A stretch of 63,177 nt of DNA, counting the filler, from Pirum gemmata (lineage: Eukaryota), in NCBI GenBank assembly GCA_002812295.1. It is 23 parts of 23 records of this genome, joined end to end, with 100 filler letters (N's around TTAATTAATTAA, not from the genome) between each part and the next. Parts side by side here need not be neighbours in the genome. Positions count along the whole stretch, not along the records: positions 10,897 to 13,318 come from PDIN01006329.1; positions 13,419 to 15,826 come from PDIN01006330.1; positions 15,927 to 18,349 come from PDIN01006331.1; positions 18,450 to 20,854 come from PDIN01006332.1; positions 20,955 to 24,248 come from PDIN01006333.1; positions 24,349 to 26,746 come from PDIN01006334.1; 17 more parts are not named here. The stretch is one strand, 5' to 3'. The translations under genes and the position numbers were made by a program. The notes beneath the pieces were generated by a model, which made no database searches, was not told where the DNA came from, and saw only the letters and a program-made list of their open reading frames with translations. Of the stretch, positions 13,130 through 24,919 are shown piece after piece (the first letter of the stretch is position 1; every line of letters begins with the position of its first letter).

Positions 13130-13287
13130 ACATTTACTAGAAAGGCTACTGTAGACTTTGCTGGTGTCAGTTACAAGTTCAACAAACATAACAATTTTTT
13201 TAGAATATAATATTATTATGATCCCCTAACTTTTTGTTTGATTTTTTTAAAAAAGCTTTGTATCCGATATCCACTTGGTATGATTTA

Positions 13288-13318
<31 letters not shown>

Positions 13319-13829
13319 NNNNNNNNNNNNNNNNNNNNNNNNNNNNNNNNNNNNNNNNNNNNTTAATTAATTAANNNNNNNNNNNNNNNNNNNNNNNNNN
13401 NNNNNNNNNNNNNNNNNNATTATTATTATTATTATCGCATGTGATGCATTTACAGGAGGGGTGACACCTATAAGAGCCCTATAAAAGACAAAATGATTTT
13501 ATTTGTTTTACTTACTCAAACAATTATTAATTAAAAACTAAAATACTAAACATAAAAATATATTTTAAAATACTTATGGTCAGAAACCGAAAGACCCAAA
13601 TCTATATATTTATGTATATATAATTATTATGGTATTAATAATTTCAAATATATAATATTTTATATATATACTATCTGATCGTGGTTTCGCAATTGATGAT
13701 AATTACGGTAATTTAATACAACAGAAAGAAAATGTTTCAAAAAATACTAAAAAAAGTTTTACAAATAGCCATTTATATTTTTTTTTTTATTTATTTCATT
13801 AATTAATCTTAGTTAATTAAATTAAAAAA

Positions 13830-15668
13830 TTAACTACAAAGTGGACCCTCAACTTTAGCAACTGAAGAACTAATACCTTGTTCATGGGTACCTTGAATGT
13901 ATGCAGTGTAAGTACCAGCTTTGAATTGAGAGCTAACAAGTTGAGTTTGAAAGTAACCATTAGCAACTTGAGCACTTCCAATGGTAATAGGAGGTAAAGT
14001 AGGGTTAGCAGTACTTTTCATAAAGATAGTTACCAAATCAGTGTTACCTAACAAACCATTCCAAGTCACCGTAACTCTATTGTTATAACAACTTACTCCA
14101 CAACTATTACCGTTTACAGCAGTATTTTGGATATTTACATTTTGGATAGTATATTGAGGAGCAGCGGCTCTTCTTCTATCTGCTTGTGGTTGACAAATGG
14201 GGGCTTGAATTTCAACGGAATCAGCACTAACACCTTGTTCGTGGGTACCTTGAATATAAGCAGTGTATTCACCAGTTTTAAAAGTAGAATCTACGATTTG
14301 AGTTTCAAAACGACCATTAGCAACTTGAGCTTGACCGATAGCAGTTGGTGGTAAAGTAGGGTTAGAAGCACTTTTCAAGTAAACAGTGACAATATCCGCA
14401 TTTCCTAATAAACCGGCCCAAGTAACAACTACATTGTTATCATAACAAGTTCTACCTCTACCAGAAGACTGGGCGGAAGCAGCGTTGCTAACAGAAACGT
14501 CTTGAATAGTATATTGAGGAGTAGCTCTTCTTTTTCTACTATTACTATTACCTTGAAGTAAACATAGAGGACCTTGAATTAAAACAGAGTTAGAGCTAAT
14601 ACCTTGTTCATTAGCACCTTGGATGTATGCCGTGTATTGTCCGTTGGAAAACTCACTATTGTCAAGTTGAGTTTGAAAAACACCAGTAGCCACTTGAGCA
14701 GTACCAACACTAATTGGCGGTAAAGTAGGATTAGCAGTACTTTTCATGAAAACAGTAACAATATCACCATTTCCTAATAATCCATTCCAAGTTACCGTTA
14801 CCATGTTATTATAACAAGTTACACCACATTGAGTACTTCCTTGTAATGCCATGTTTTGTACTTTTACATTTTGAATAGTGTATTGAGCTGCTCTTCTTCT
14901 GTCAGATTCTGCTTGTGGTTGACAAATTGGAGCTTGAATTTCAGCGGAATCAGCACTAACACCTTGTTCGTGACTACCTTGAATGTAAGCAGTGTATTCA
15001 CCAGTTTTAAAACTAGAATCTACAATTTGAGTTTCGAAACGACCATTAGCAACTTGAGCTTGACCGATAGCAGTTGGTGGTAAAGTAGGGTTAGAAGCAC
15101 TTTTCAAGTAAACAGTGACAATATCCGCATTTCCTAATAAACCAGCCCAAGTAACAACTACATTGTTGTCATAGCAAGTTCTACCTCTACCAGAAGACTG
15201 AGCAGAAGCAGCGTTAGTAACAGAAACGTCTTGAATAGTATATTGAGGAGTAGCTCTTCTTCTATCTGCTTGCAATTGACAAAGTGGTCCTTGGACTGTT
15301 ACTGAATCATAACTCAAACCTTGTTCATGAACACCTTGAATATAAGCAGTGTAATCTCCAGCAGAAATCACATTACTTTGAAGTTCAGTTTGGAAATAAC
15401 CACTAGCAACTTGAGCTGTACCAATACTAATTGGTGGTAAAGTAGGGTTAGCAGTATTTTTCATGAAAACATTAACAGTATCAGCATTTCCTAATAATCC
15501 ATTCCAAGTTACAGTTACAACATTGTTATAACAAGTTAATCCTCTTTTACCCATAGCTCCTGTTGTGACCGAATTTTGCACGTTCACATTTTGAAGAGTG
15601 TACTGAGGAGCTGCAGAGTAAGCGGCAGATGTCATTAAAGACAAAGCGAAGGCCATAGACAACATCAT
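13830..15668 (-). CDS. Secreted 612-aa polyprotein: signal peptide plus five ~115-aa beta-rich repeats separated by RRR/RKRR sites
   Basis: Intronless ORF with a hydrophobic N-terminus (MMLSMAFALSLMTSAAYSA). Each repeat runs QYT.Q.V.V.N..CY.N.V.VTW.GLLGN.D...NPTLPP..IG.AQVA.G.FQT...G.YTAYIQG.HEQG.S......P.C. Basic linkers lie at 15255-15263, 14892-14900, 14526-14537 and 14169-14177. Confidence 0.92.
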   Translation of the reverse strand: MMLSMAFALSLMTSAAYSAAPQYTLQNVNVQNSVTTGAMGKRGLTCYNNVVTVTWNGLLGNADTVNVFMKNTANPTLPPISIGTAQVASGYFQTELQSNVISAGDYTAYIQGVHEQGLSYDSVTVQGPLCQLQADRRRATPQYTIQDVSVTNAASAQSSGRGRTCYDNNVVVTWAGLLGNADIVTVYLKSASNPTLPPTAIGQAQVANGRFETQIVDSSFKTGEYTAYIQGSHEQGVSADSAEIQAPICQPQAESDRRRAAQYTIQNVKVQNMALQGSTQCGVTCYNNMVTVTWNGLLGNGDIVTVFMKSTANPTLPPISVGTAQVATGVFQTQLDNSEFSNGQYTAYIQGANEQGISSNSVLIQGPLCLLQGNSNSRKRRATPQYTIQDVSVSNAASAQSSGRGRTCYDNNVVVTWAGLLGNADIVTVYLKSASNPTLPPTAIGQAQVANGRFETQIVDSTFKTGEYTAYIQGTHEQGVSADSVEIQAPICQPQADRRRAAAPQYTIQNVNIQNTAVNGNSCGVSCYNNRVTVTWNGLLGNTDLVTIFMKSTANPTLPPITIGSAQVANGYFQTQLVSSQFKAGTYTAYIQGTHEQGISSSVAKVEGPLCS

Positions 15669-15963
15669 GATTATTATTACTTTTTTTTGGTTTTTTGGTT
15701 TTTTTTGGGGGGTTTTTATTATTATTATTATTATTATTATTTTTTATTGTTTTGTGAAATTTAAAAATTAGTAGTTAAATTTCTACGTTATTTATACTAA
15801 TGAAATAATAATAATAATAATAATAANNNNNNNNNNNNNNNNNNNNNNNNNNNNNNNNNNNNNNNNNNNNTTAATTAATTAANNNNNNNNNNNNNNNNNN
15901 NNNNNNNNNNNNNNNNNNNNNNNNNNTATTATTTTTTATGTAATATTTTAAAAGAATGTATTT

Positions 15964-16103
15964 GGGAGCGTTCAAATAATACGTCACGTCAAGGGGTAGG
16001 TAGGTAGGTGCCATTTGACCGGAAATTAACATCGAGGGGTAGGTAGGTAGGGGTATTTGAAGCTGTATTTTGACCGAAATTGGCGTTATGTAGTATTAAA
16101 ACT
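15964..16103 (+). mobile_element. Harbinger-like MITE family B2
   Basis: Starts GGGAGCGTTCAAATAATACG; right end eroded. Confidence 0.75.
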
Positions 16104-16168
16104 ACTTTTAATAACTGTCCGCTAACGTTATACTGGACTATCAGATACTACTAGCTACTAGTAGTAGC

Positions 16169-16357
16169 TATTGTGCTTTTCAGTTGTTTTGTCATCATAA
16201 AATATACTGTAAAGGGTACCAAATTAATATTATATAAATCCATTTAAATTAATTTGGTATATTATATTATATATTTATTCATTTAAAAATATCAACTTAA
16301 ATATTTTAACCAACCAAATAAATATTCAGAGTGACAAAATAAATGAAAAGCACAATA
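16169..16357 (+). mobile_element. MITE family A, complete copy with TA at both ends, embedded in a CTAG array
   Basis: AGCTA|TTGTGCTTTTCAGTTGTTTTGTCA ... TGACAAAATAAATGAAAAGCACAA|TAGCT. Confidence 0.9.
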
Positions 16358-16873
16358 GCTAGCTAGTAGTAGCTAGCTAGTCTAGCTAGCTAGTTAGTTA
16401 GGGCCCTAGTCTAGTTAATCTAGCTATCGATAGCTAGCTAGGGCCTACTAGACTAGCTACTAGTAGCTAGAAGAATTATTTATCCTTAGAGCTGTTAGTT
16501 ATCTGAGGGGTGAGAACTCTTATGGCGAACTTTTTTGACCGAGGCACAAAGTAAATGTTGTTCGCCTGTTTCGCCTTACCATATTTAGTATTAGTAATTA
16601 TTTATTTAGTAACTACCTATTTAAGTAGTTACTTTAAAAAGAGTTTATTATACTATTTATAGTAACTTTAGGAAAATTTCTGGAAGTTCGCCGGTCCGAG
16701 CATCCAANNNNNNNNNNNNNNNNNNNNNNNNNNNNNNNNNNNNNNNNNNNNNNNNNNNNNNNNNNNNNNNNNNNNNNNNNNNNNNNNNNNNNNNNNNNNN
16801 NNNNNNNNNNNNNNNNNNNNNNNNNNNNNNNNNNNNNNNNNNNNTTTTTTTTTTTTTTTTTTTTGATTTATAA

Positions 16874-17176
16874 GGGAGGATTCAAATAATACGTCCCGTC
16901 AAGGGGCAGGTAGGTAGGTGCTATTTGACAGAAAATTAACGTCGAGTGGTGGGTAGGTAGGGGTATTTGAAGCTGTATTTGATGGAAATTGGCGTTATGT
17001 AGACTAGCTAGCTAGCTAGTATTTGAAGGAGCGTTCAAATACTACATAACGCCAATTTCCGGTCAAACACAGCTTCAAATATCCCTACCTACCTACCCTT
17101 TGACGTTAATTTTCAGTCAGATACCCCCTACCTACCTACCCCTTGACGTGACGTATTATTTGAACGCTCCGCTCCC
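16874..17176. mobile_element. Two nested, opposed B2 MITE copies
   Basis: The outer copy from 16874 has its right TIR split by an inverted inner copy at 17028-17170 (GGAGCGTTCAAAT...ATTTGAACGCTCC), followed by the residual GCTCCC. Confidence 0.75.
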
Positions 17177-17184
17177 TAGATGCC

Positions 17185-17215
<31 letters not shown>

Positions 17216-18519
17216 ACAAAGGTCCACAAGTTGACCACGCTAGAGTTGACGTGATATCACGAAGAACTTATGACTCAGGTGATGTAATGATTTTTATTAA
17301 AAAGATTATTTATAAGTTTGTATAAAAGACGTCACTTATTCTTTGATAAAAGTCATTGCTCGAAAGTGTGACTTAAACTGTTTTATTCAGTAATTAATTA
17401 TTATAATGAACTTTAAAATTATGACCAAAAGTCTTTTGGGCAAAGAGGCATAGGTAAGATCAGGTGACGTTCTTGTATGGATGATTCCTAACCAAGGAGT
17501 TCAACTCCTTGATAAGTCAAGAACCCAGGAAAAGGGAAAACCCCAGCAGTAGGACACTAAGTATGGTAAAATTTGACTCTGTTTGAGACTTTTTAGTGAA
17601 AATTTATTATTATTAGTCTAACCAAAGTCATAAGGAAAATGAAAAAGCAAACTATAATATTATTATTGTGCTAGATGTATTGTGCTTTTTTACTGGTAGC
17701 TTTTATTATACTTTTATTATGATAAATTTAAATAAATAAAATTGAAAAATAAAAGATGGTGGAATAGGCAAAATTGCAGTTTCGAAACTGTAATTTTGTT
17801 GTTTTTATCATTTAATAATATAAACAATGAATCATCTTTTTTTCCACAACTTGAATTGTAACGAACCGTATGTTTACTCATAATCCTTTATGTCGGAATG
17901 AGAGGTGTATAATACACTTATTTTTTAAAATCAAAGGAAGTATTAATATAAATAATATTACGATAAAATAAAATAAAATTATGAAATTGATATAAATTCA
18001 TATAATATAAAAAATAATTTTTTATCCTAAATTTTTACATGCTTTTTAAAATATCATAGATTCATAATCCTGATCATAATATTATTATTATCGTAGACAG
18101 TAGACGGTAGACTAGCAACTAAGCAGAGGGTTTCTCTCGATGGGCAAAAAATCTGAAGCGACCCCACTCTCGGAATCATTTGACTACTACAGTAGACCAG
18201 CAGTAGCTAACTGTTAGACTGTTAGGTTTAACTAATAGAACAGTGTTAGAACTGTCGATAGACTATACCATTCGAAAATAAATAAAATAAATACAATAAA
18301 TACAATAAAATAAAATAAATAATAAAATAAATAAAATAAATAAAATAAANNNNNNNNNNNNNNNNNNNNNNNNNNNNNNNNNNNNNNNNNNNNTTAATTA
18401 ATTAANNNNNNNNNNNNNNNNNNNNNNNNNNNNNNNNNNNNNNNNNNNNAATAATAAATAATAAATAATAAATAATAATATAATAAATAATAATATAGTG
18501 AACAATGAATAATAATTAC

Positions 18520-20577
18520 CAGTATAAAGTAATGCAATTGTGATAATAAAAATGATTCCCGTAATTACTTTCATTGTTGATTTTTTGAAATAGTTCCATC
18601 GCGAAATATGCGAATGTTCGCACTCAAACATATAATAAGCAAGAGAAACAAATTGTTGAGCAACTGATATCAACATAAGCGACGCAGAAACCACAATCAA
18701 AATTTGCGCACTTCCAAAAATAACAAACACAGTCCCAACAGCAAGATTCAGGAAAATAACAACAAGTAAAATAATAAAACTTTTAAGTTTCAAGTTTGAT
18801 TTCGCTTTATCTTTCATTCCTTTTTCTCTGGTTGGACGATTCCCCCAGGTCAAATCCCAAGTACGAGATAACGAATACATCAAAAACCAAGGAACAAAGG
18901 TTGGTAAAAATAATATATAAGGAATAAACATTATAGCCAACATCAACAATACATCAAACGAATGTACTAATGCAAGAAAGAAAGGAATCAAAAACGTCAC
19001 TGCTAAAACTAGCAATGCCAAACTATTTATCGTCACCAGAGTAGTAGCAGTAATAATTAAACAAATAGTGTTCCAAGCAAATACTAAATAATACAACCAG
19101 TTAATAAATTTTAATTTGAAGTGACCTAAAGTAAAACTTAAGAACAATGTTACGTTTATAGCCAAAGTACTGTATGCAGCATACATAGCAGTTGTATCAC
19201 CTTCGTTAAAAAATTGAGACCCGCGAATGGCAAAGTAAAACATAACTGCGAATAATGTAGGACTAAACATTTGTATGACCATTAAAATTAATTGAATCAT
19301 AAATTGTATGTAAATAGCAATTTTAAAACCAACCGAGTGAGCTGATCTAAAAACAAGTCCTGGATGTAAAAATAATAGATATCTATTTTGTACATTTGTA
19401 AAAAATCAAAAAAGAAAAAGGAATTAATGTCATATATATTTATATATTATGAGAAAATAGAAACACAATAGATTGTTGTTTGTTATTGTTATTATATTAT
19501 ATATTATTATTATTATTATTATTATTGTTATATATATATATATAATTTGAAAATATCATTATCATTAATTAAATTTTTACTTACATAAAACACGCAATAG
19601 TACCATTAGTCCATCTTCTTCTTTGTGCAATAAAATTCTCCGTTTCCGTTTCCCCTTGAAAATAAAAGGTAGCAGAAGGAACCCAAGCAGTAAATTTACC
19701 AGTACTCAATGCAGCAGCATAAGACAAAATTCGATCTTCAGCTAAAAGCAAATTCCCTTCAAAAATACCATTATCAGCCGTAACCGTTGTAATAAAGTTA
19801 ATATAATAATCAAGACAAGGGCCTTTAATATACTGCATACGAAACATAGAACACGGTCCATGTAAACACGGCAACATACCAGTTAACGAAAAAGCACCTT
19901 GATAGGAGGATAATGAAGATTCGTATTCATAACCCTGTGCTGCACGATACCACGCCGCTAACACCCCTTCGTTTTTTCCTGTTTGTTGTTGGGAAGTCAT
20001 TACACGTTGACGACCGGTTACAGCGGAAGTATCTCTGTTTTTCTCCAAGTAATGAATCATATCATAAACACAAGTTTCACCGTAAAGGGTACCACAATCG
20101 GTAGCAAAAGCAAACGTGGCATCATAATGACGCGCAAACGCATTGAAAAACCACTGATGACTATTTGGTTTTTTACGATTTTGTTTTTTAACAATACAAG
20201 TTAACCGTAAAAACTTCCCCGGTGCAACCTCTACTAAATCAGCTTCTCCAGTTTTCGGATCTCTTTTTTGTATTATTCTCGTTAAATCATCATTTTCACC
20301 CTCGCAAAAATCAGAGTCCCAGTTTTCCCCGTATAATTGACATATGTATTCAATCATTGACTCCGAAGCTTTGTAGTAACCATCCATAACAACAACATAA
20401 TGAAACTCTAAATCCCTTAAACGATCATCATCTGACAATAAATAACCAATACCTTCGCTGTAAGTTTCTAAACATTGCTTTTCTTGTGCCCATAAACTTT
20501 CTAAAGTATTACGTAATTCGTAACGCTCTTCGTTATAGAAAGGCACCAGAGTACAAACCCGTTTTGCTTTGTGACTC
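18520..20577 (-). CDS. Chitin synthase (GT2), partial; exons 20577-19585 and 19382-18520
   Basis: Motifs PFYNE, VMDG, KKQNRKKPNSH, TDCGT, QGYEY, LAEDRIL, ETE, QRRRW and WDLTWGNR, followed by multiple TM helices. The GTAAGT...AATAG intron at 19584-19383 keeps the frame. Confidence 0.95.
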
Positions 20578-20799
20578 CTATTTATTTATTATTTTTTTTT
20601 TAAAAAAAAAAAAATAATAATAAAATAAAATATATTATAATATTATGTTAGCATTGATTAATTATATATTATAACATGATAGCGAGATAATTATTAAAAT
20701 AATAATAATTAGAATTCTATAATTAATGATTAAAATAATAAAATATATTATAATGTTAGCATTGGTTAGGTAAATATTATAATAATACAATAACATGAT

Positions 20800-20854
20800 A
20801 GTTAGGGTTAGGGTTAGGGTTAGGGTTAGGGTAAGGGTAAGGGTAAGGGTAAGG
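20800..20854 (+). repeat. (TTAGGG)n/(TAAGGG)n array inside the chitin synthase upstream intron
   Basis: Read directly. Confidence 0.85.
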
Positions 20855-20954
20855 NNNNNNNNNNNNNNNNNNNNNNNNNNNNNNNNNNNNNNNNNNNNTT
20901 AATTAATTAANNNNNNNNNNNNNNNNNNNNNNNNNNNNNNNNNNNNNNNNNNNN

Positions 20955-20985
<31 letters not shown>

Positions 20986-21061
20986 AATTAAATCACTTTG
21001 AATTTTTTGTTATCTTTACCAAACCAAAGCTAACTTATTTACTCAAACAATTCATCCACAG

Positions 21062-21776
21062 CGACATACTTTGTTCAAATTAATGAAAAATCAAGTGAAA
21101 ACTCCACCGCAAACTCCCAATCCTGCTGCTGCTGGTCGTAGAACATCAGGACTTGAATCCGATAGCCATACTTTCCCATCAAAATTCCGAAAAATGAGCG
21201 GTAGTTCTGTTGAAAATACACCAACACAGTTGGAATCAATACCCGGTGGCATTGGAGGTAGTAGTATTATCAAAAGACGTAGTAGTGTTGTGGGTGGTGA
21301 AAGAACTTTAGACCGTCGTTCTTCAGGATCAAGAAGTAGGTCAGTATCTATAACTGAACGTGAAAGGCACCACATAGGAAGCGGTGCAAACAATCGATAT
21401 AGCCAAAAAGATGATAAAGATAAATATAGTCACAAAGATGATAAAGATAAAAGTGCCCACAACGATGCTTCAAGAAAAGAATCCGTACCCCCACATAGAT
21501 CCTCAATGCAAACTAGTCTGCAAAACAATGCATTTCTAGAAAGACGAAGGAAAGCGCAAGAACTAGAAAAACAGAGCAGTGCCGCACAAAAAGAGCAAAA
21601 GGAAAAAAGTGAAATGAGTCCTGCGATGCAAGATTTAAATGCTATTGCATCTTTCTCCCAAGAAGAAGCTTTGAAACTGCAACAACAAATTAGAAAACAG
21701 CATGAAAGGGAAAAAGAGAGGGAACGTGAACGTGAACGTGAACGTGAACGACAAAGAGAACGAGAGCGTGATCGAG
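21062..21776 (+). CDS. Internal exon of a low-complexity Ser/Arg-rich protein with an (RE)n tract
   Basis: GCTAAC branch point at ~21029, CACAG acceptor ending 21061, open frame, GAG|GTTTGT donor at 21777. No recognisable domain. Confidence 0.75.
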
Positions 21777-21862
21777 GTTTGTAATTCGCTTGTTTTCTAT
21801 TGTTTATCTTGATTTTACTTTTGATTCTGTATTATGGGGTTATTTTGCCACATAGAAAATTG

Positions 21863-21904
<42 letters not shown>

Positions 21905-21953
21905 NATGGAACCAGATGTGGGTATTTTGGATATATATATAGACACTTTGTGT

Positions 21954-22025
21954 GACAAATGTGACAAATTGTGCGAATACTGGCACACAAAAGTGCCAAT
22001 ATTCGCACAATTTGTCACATTTGTC
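21954..22025. repeat. Near-perfect hairpin (33-bp arms, 6-nt loop) between (TA)n runs
   Basis: 21954-21986 is the reverse complement of 21993-22025 with one mismatch. Confidence 0.9.
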
Positions 22026-22379
22026 GAACAAGTATATATATATATATATATATATTGTGTGTGTGTGTGTGTGTGTGTTTATGTATGTATGTGTGTTGTG
22101 TGGTTGTGTTCTTCAGGTGTGTTTGCATTTATGAAAAAACTAATGTCTACTTTATTATTATTATTATTATTATTATTATGCAAGACATTTTTATTACGAA
22201 ATACAATCCCGTTTTGCGGCTAGGTTTTGCGGTAGATTAGTAGGTTTATTACATCACTTTTACGTCATTTTTAAAAAATGCAGTAAAAACAACAGTCCAG
22301 GAGCTATAGACTAGGATCCAAGAATGGCCGGGGCAAGGCTGAGTTATCATGGCTAGTAAGCTACTACTCAGGTAGCTAC

Positions 22380-22570
22380 TATCGTGTTTTTCCATGCCTT
22401 TTCAATAGTGTTGTCCAGTTCAGAAACTGAAATAAACGTACCAAATTATTATTATGGTTAAACTATCAGACATGTTTTCATTAATTTGGTATTTTATACT
22501 TAATGTTGTATTTTATACATAAGTTCAATTATACAAGATTGAGAGAACAACTGTAATGAAATAGATGATA
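22380..22570 (+). mobile_element. MITE family C, near-complete
   Basis: TATCGTGTTTTTC ... GAAATAGATGATA; internal GTACCAAATTATTATTATGGTTAAACTATCAGACATG is shared with other copies. Confidence 0.75.
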
Positions 22571-22811
22571 TGGTACTAGTATCAGATAGATTAGCACCAT
22601 AGCTTTGTAGTACTGTAGGCAAGAACTTTAAACTTCAAAAGAACCCCACAGGGCCCACACACGTCCACACATTGAAAAAATTTCTAGGAAAAAACTTATT
22701 TTTCTCGCCTTTTTTGCGCATTTTTTGTATTTTTACTTATTACGGTATACTGGGTACCGGTATTATTTATGCCAAATATAGAACCTACTTACCAAATATA
22801 GAACTCAGAGC

Positions 22812-22874
<63 letters not shown>

Positions 22875-23129
22875 CCAACTAGTTTCCAACTAGTCGTTCC
22901 AAAAAAAAAAAAAGCTCGTTCGTTATAAAAAAAAAAATGAAGGAATCTCGGTTCAGCTCTCGGTTCCAAAAAAAGGTACACATAGCCTATAATTATAAAC
23001 CCTTTGTTCCTAGACTAGCTAGCTAGTAGTTAGAACAGAGTCAAGGTTGCAGTTGGTATTTTTTAAGTCAAGACATCAACAACAACAATAATAACAGAGT
23101 ACAACAGTCTATTTTTTTATTATATCATA

Positions 23130-24248
23130 CTTGTACCGTATTGTATTGTATTGTATTGTATTGTATTGTATTGTATTGTATTGTATTGTATTGTATTGTA
23201 TTGTATTGTATTGTATTGCATTGTATTGTATTGGATTGTATTGTATTGTATTGTATTGTATTGTATTGTGTTGTATTGTATTGTGTTGTAGTGTAGTGTA
23301 GTGTAGTGTAGTGTAGTGTATTGTATTGTATTGTAGTGTAGTGTACTGTACTGTATTGTATTGTATTAATATTAATATTGTGTTGTATTTTTATATTGTA
23401 TTGTATTAATATTGTATTTTTGTATTGTATTGTATCGTATTGTATTCTTGTATTGTATTGTATTGTATTGTATTGTATTGTATTGTATTGTATTGTATTG
23501 TATTGTATTGTATTGTATTGTATTGTATTGTATTGTATTGTATTGTATTGTATTGTATTGTATTATGTTGTATTGTATTGTATTGTATTGTATTGTATTG
23601 TATTGTATTGTATTATGTTGGGTGCAATATTGCATTGCATTGTATTGATATTGTATTTGCATTAGAATTGTAATCATATTAAATTAAATTTTAAATTATA
23701 TATATATAGCATATACATGGGGTAGGTGACAGGTTTCATGTACTATGTGTTTTAATTAACTGTATTTTATATACATAATCTGATATCTGATTGTAAATAT
23801 TGCTTGCAACAAGCCAGAACAGTTCCGAACCCTTTGTTCTTCTAGAGCAGAGTCAAGGTTGCAGTTGGTATTAAGTCAAGACATCAAAAACAACAATAAC
23901 AACAATCTATTATTTATTGTGCTTGTACCGTATTATATTATATTATATTATATTATATTGCATTGCATTGTATTACATTGTATTGTATTGTATTAATATT
24001 GTATTGTACCATATTATATTATATTTTATTGTATTGTAATGTATTGTATTGTAATGTATTGTATTGTATTAATATTGTATTGTACCATATTATATTATAT
24101 TATATTGTATTGTAATGTATTGTATTGTATTAATATTGTATTGTACTATATTATATTATATTATATTGCATTGTAATGTATTTATTACATTATATTATAT
24201 TATATTGTATTTTTGTATTGTATTGTATTGTATTGTATTGTATTGTAT
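23130..24248 (+). repeat. (TATTG)n pentamer satellite blocks following a duplicated ~110-bp unit (22998 and 23828)
   Basis: Read directly; source of the spurious YCIVL/NTIQY ORFs. Confidence 0.9.
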
Positions 24249-24441
24249 NNNNNNNNNNNNNNNNNNNNNNNNNNNNNNNNNNNNNNNNNNNNTTAATTAA
24301 TTAANNNNNNNNNNNNNNNNNNNNNNNNNNNNNNNNNNNNNNNNNNNNATAATAATAATAATAAATAATAATAAATAAATAATAATATTAATAACAATAA
24401 TAATAATATTGGTGACAATGCATATAATATAATAAACATAC

Positions 24442-24473
<32 letters not shown>

Positions 24474-24919
24474 CATAATAATGATGTTAAAAAACAACAA
24501 CAATAATAATAATATATATAGTAATAATATAATATTATAATAATAATAAATGTATAAAGTTAGGGTCAACGTGTTACTAATTATGCTCTAAAAATTGTAC
24601 CAATATCAAAAAGATTTCTCAGCAAACTTATGTTTGCTCTAAATTTTAGTTATAACTAACTTTCAACTACACAGCATTGCAGTCCTGTGCTTTTCATTTA
24701 TTTTGTCATTCCGAATATTTATTTGGTTGTTCATAATATTTAAAGTGATACTTTTAAATAAATAAATATATAACAAAATAACTGATAAGCATGATACATA
24801 TTATATTGTTTTATTGTCGTTGCCATTAATATTGTCACTAATATTTATTCTTATTACAGTATTAATATATTATATTGTTATTGATATTACTATAATTGCT
24901 TTTATATGATTATATATAG

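Noticed and set aside
14127..15083. Two similar + strand 75-aa ORFs
   Set aside because: Antisense shadows of polyprotein repeats 2 and 4.
17405..17600. GC-richer patch: possible ncRNA or retroelement remnant
   Set aside because: Stops in the candidate frames and no convincing RNA motif.
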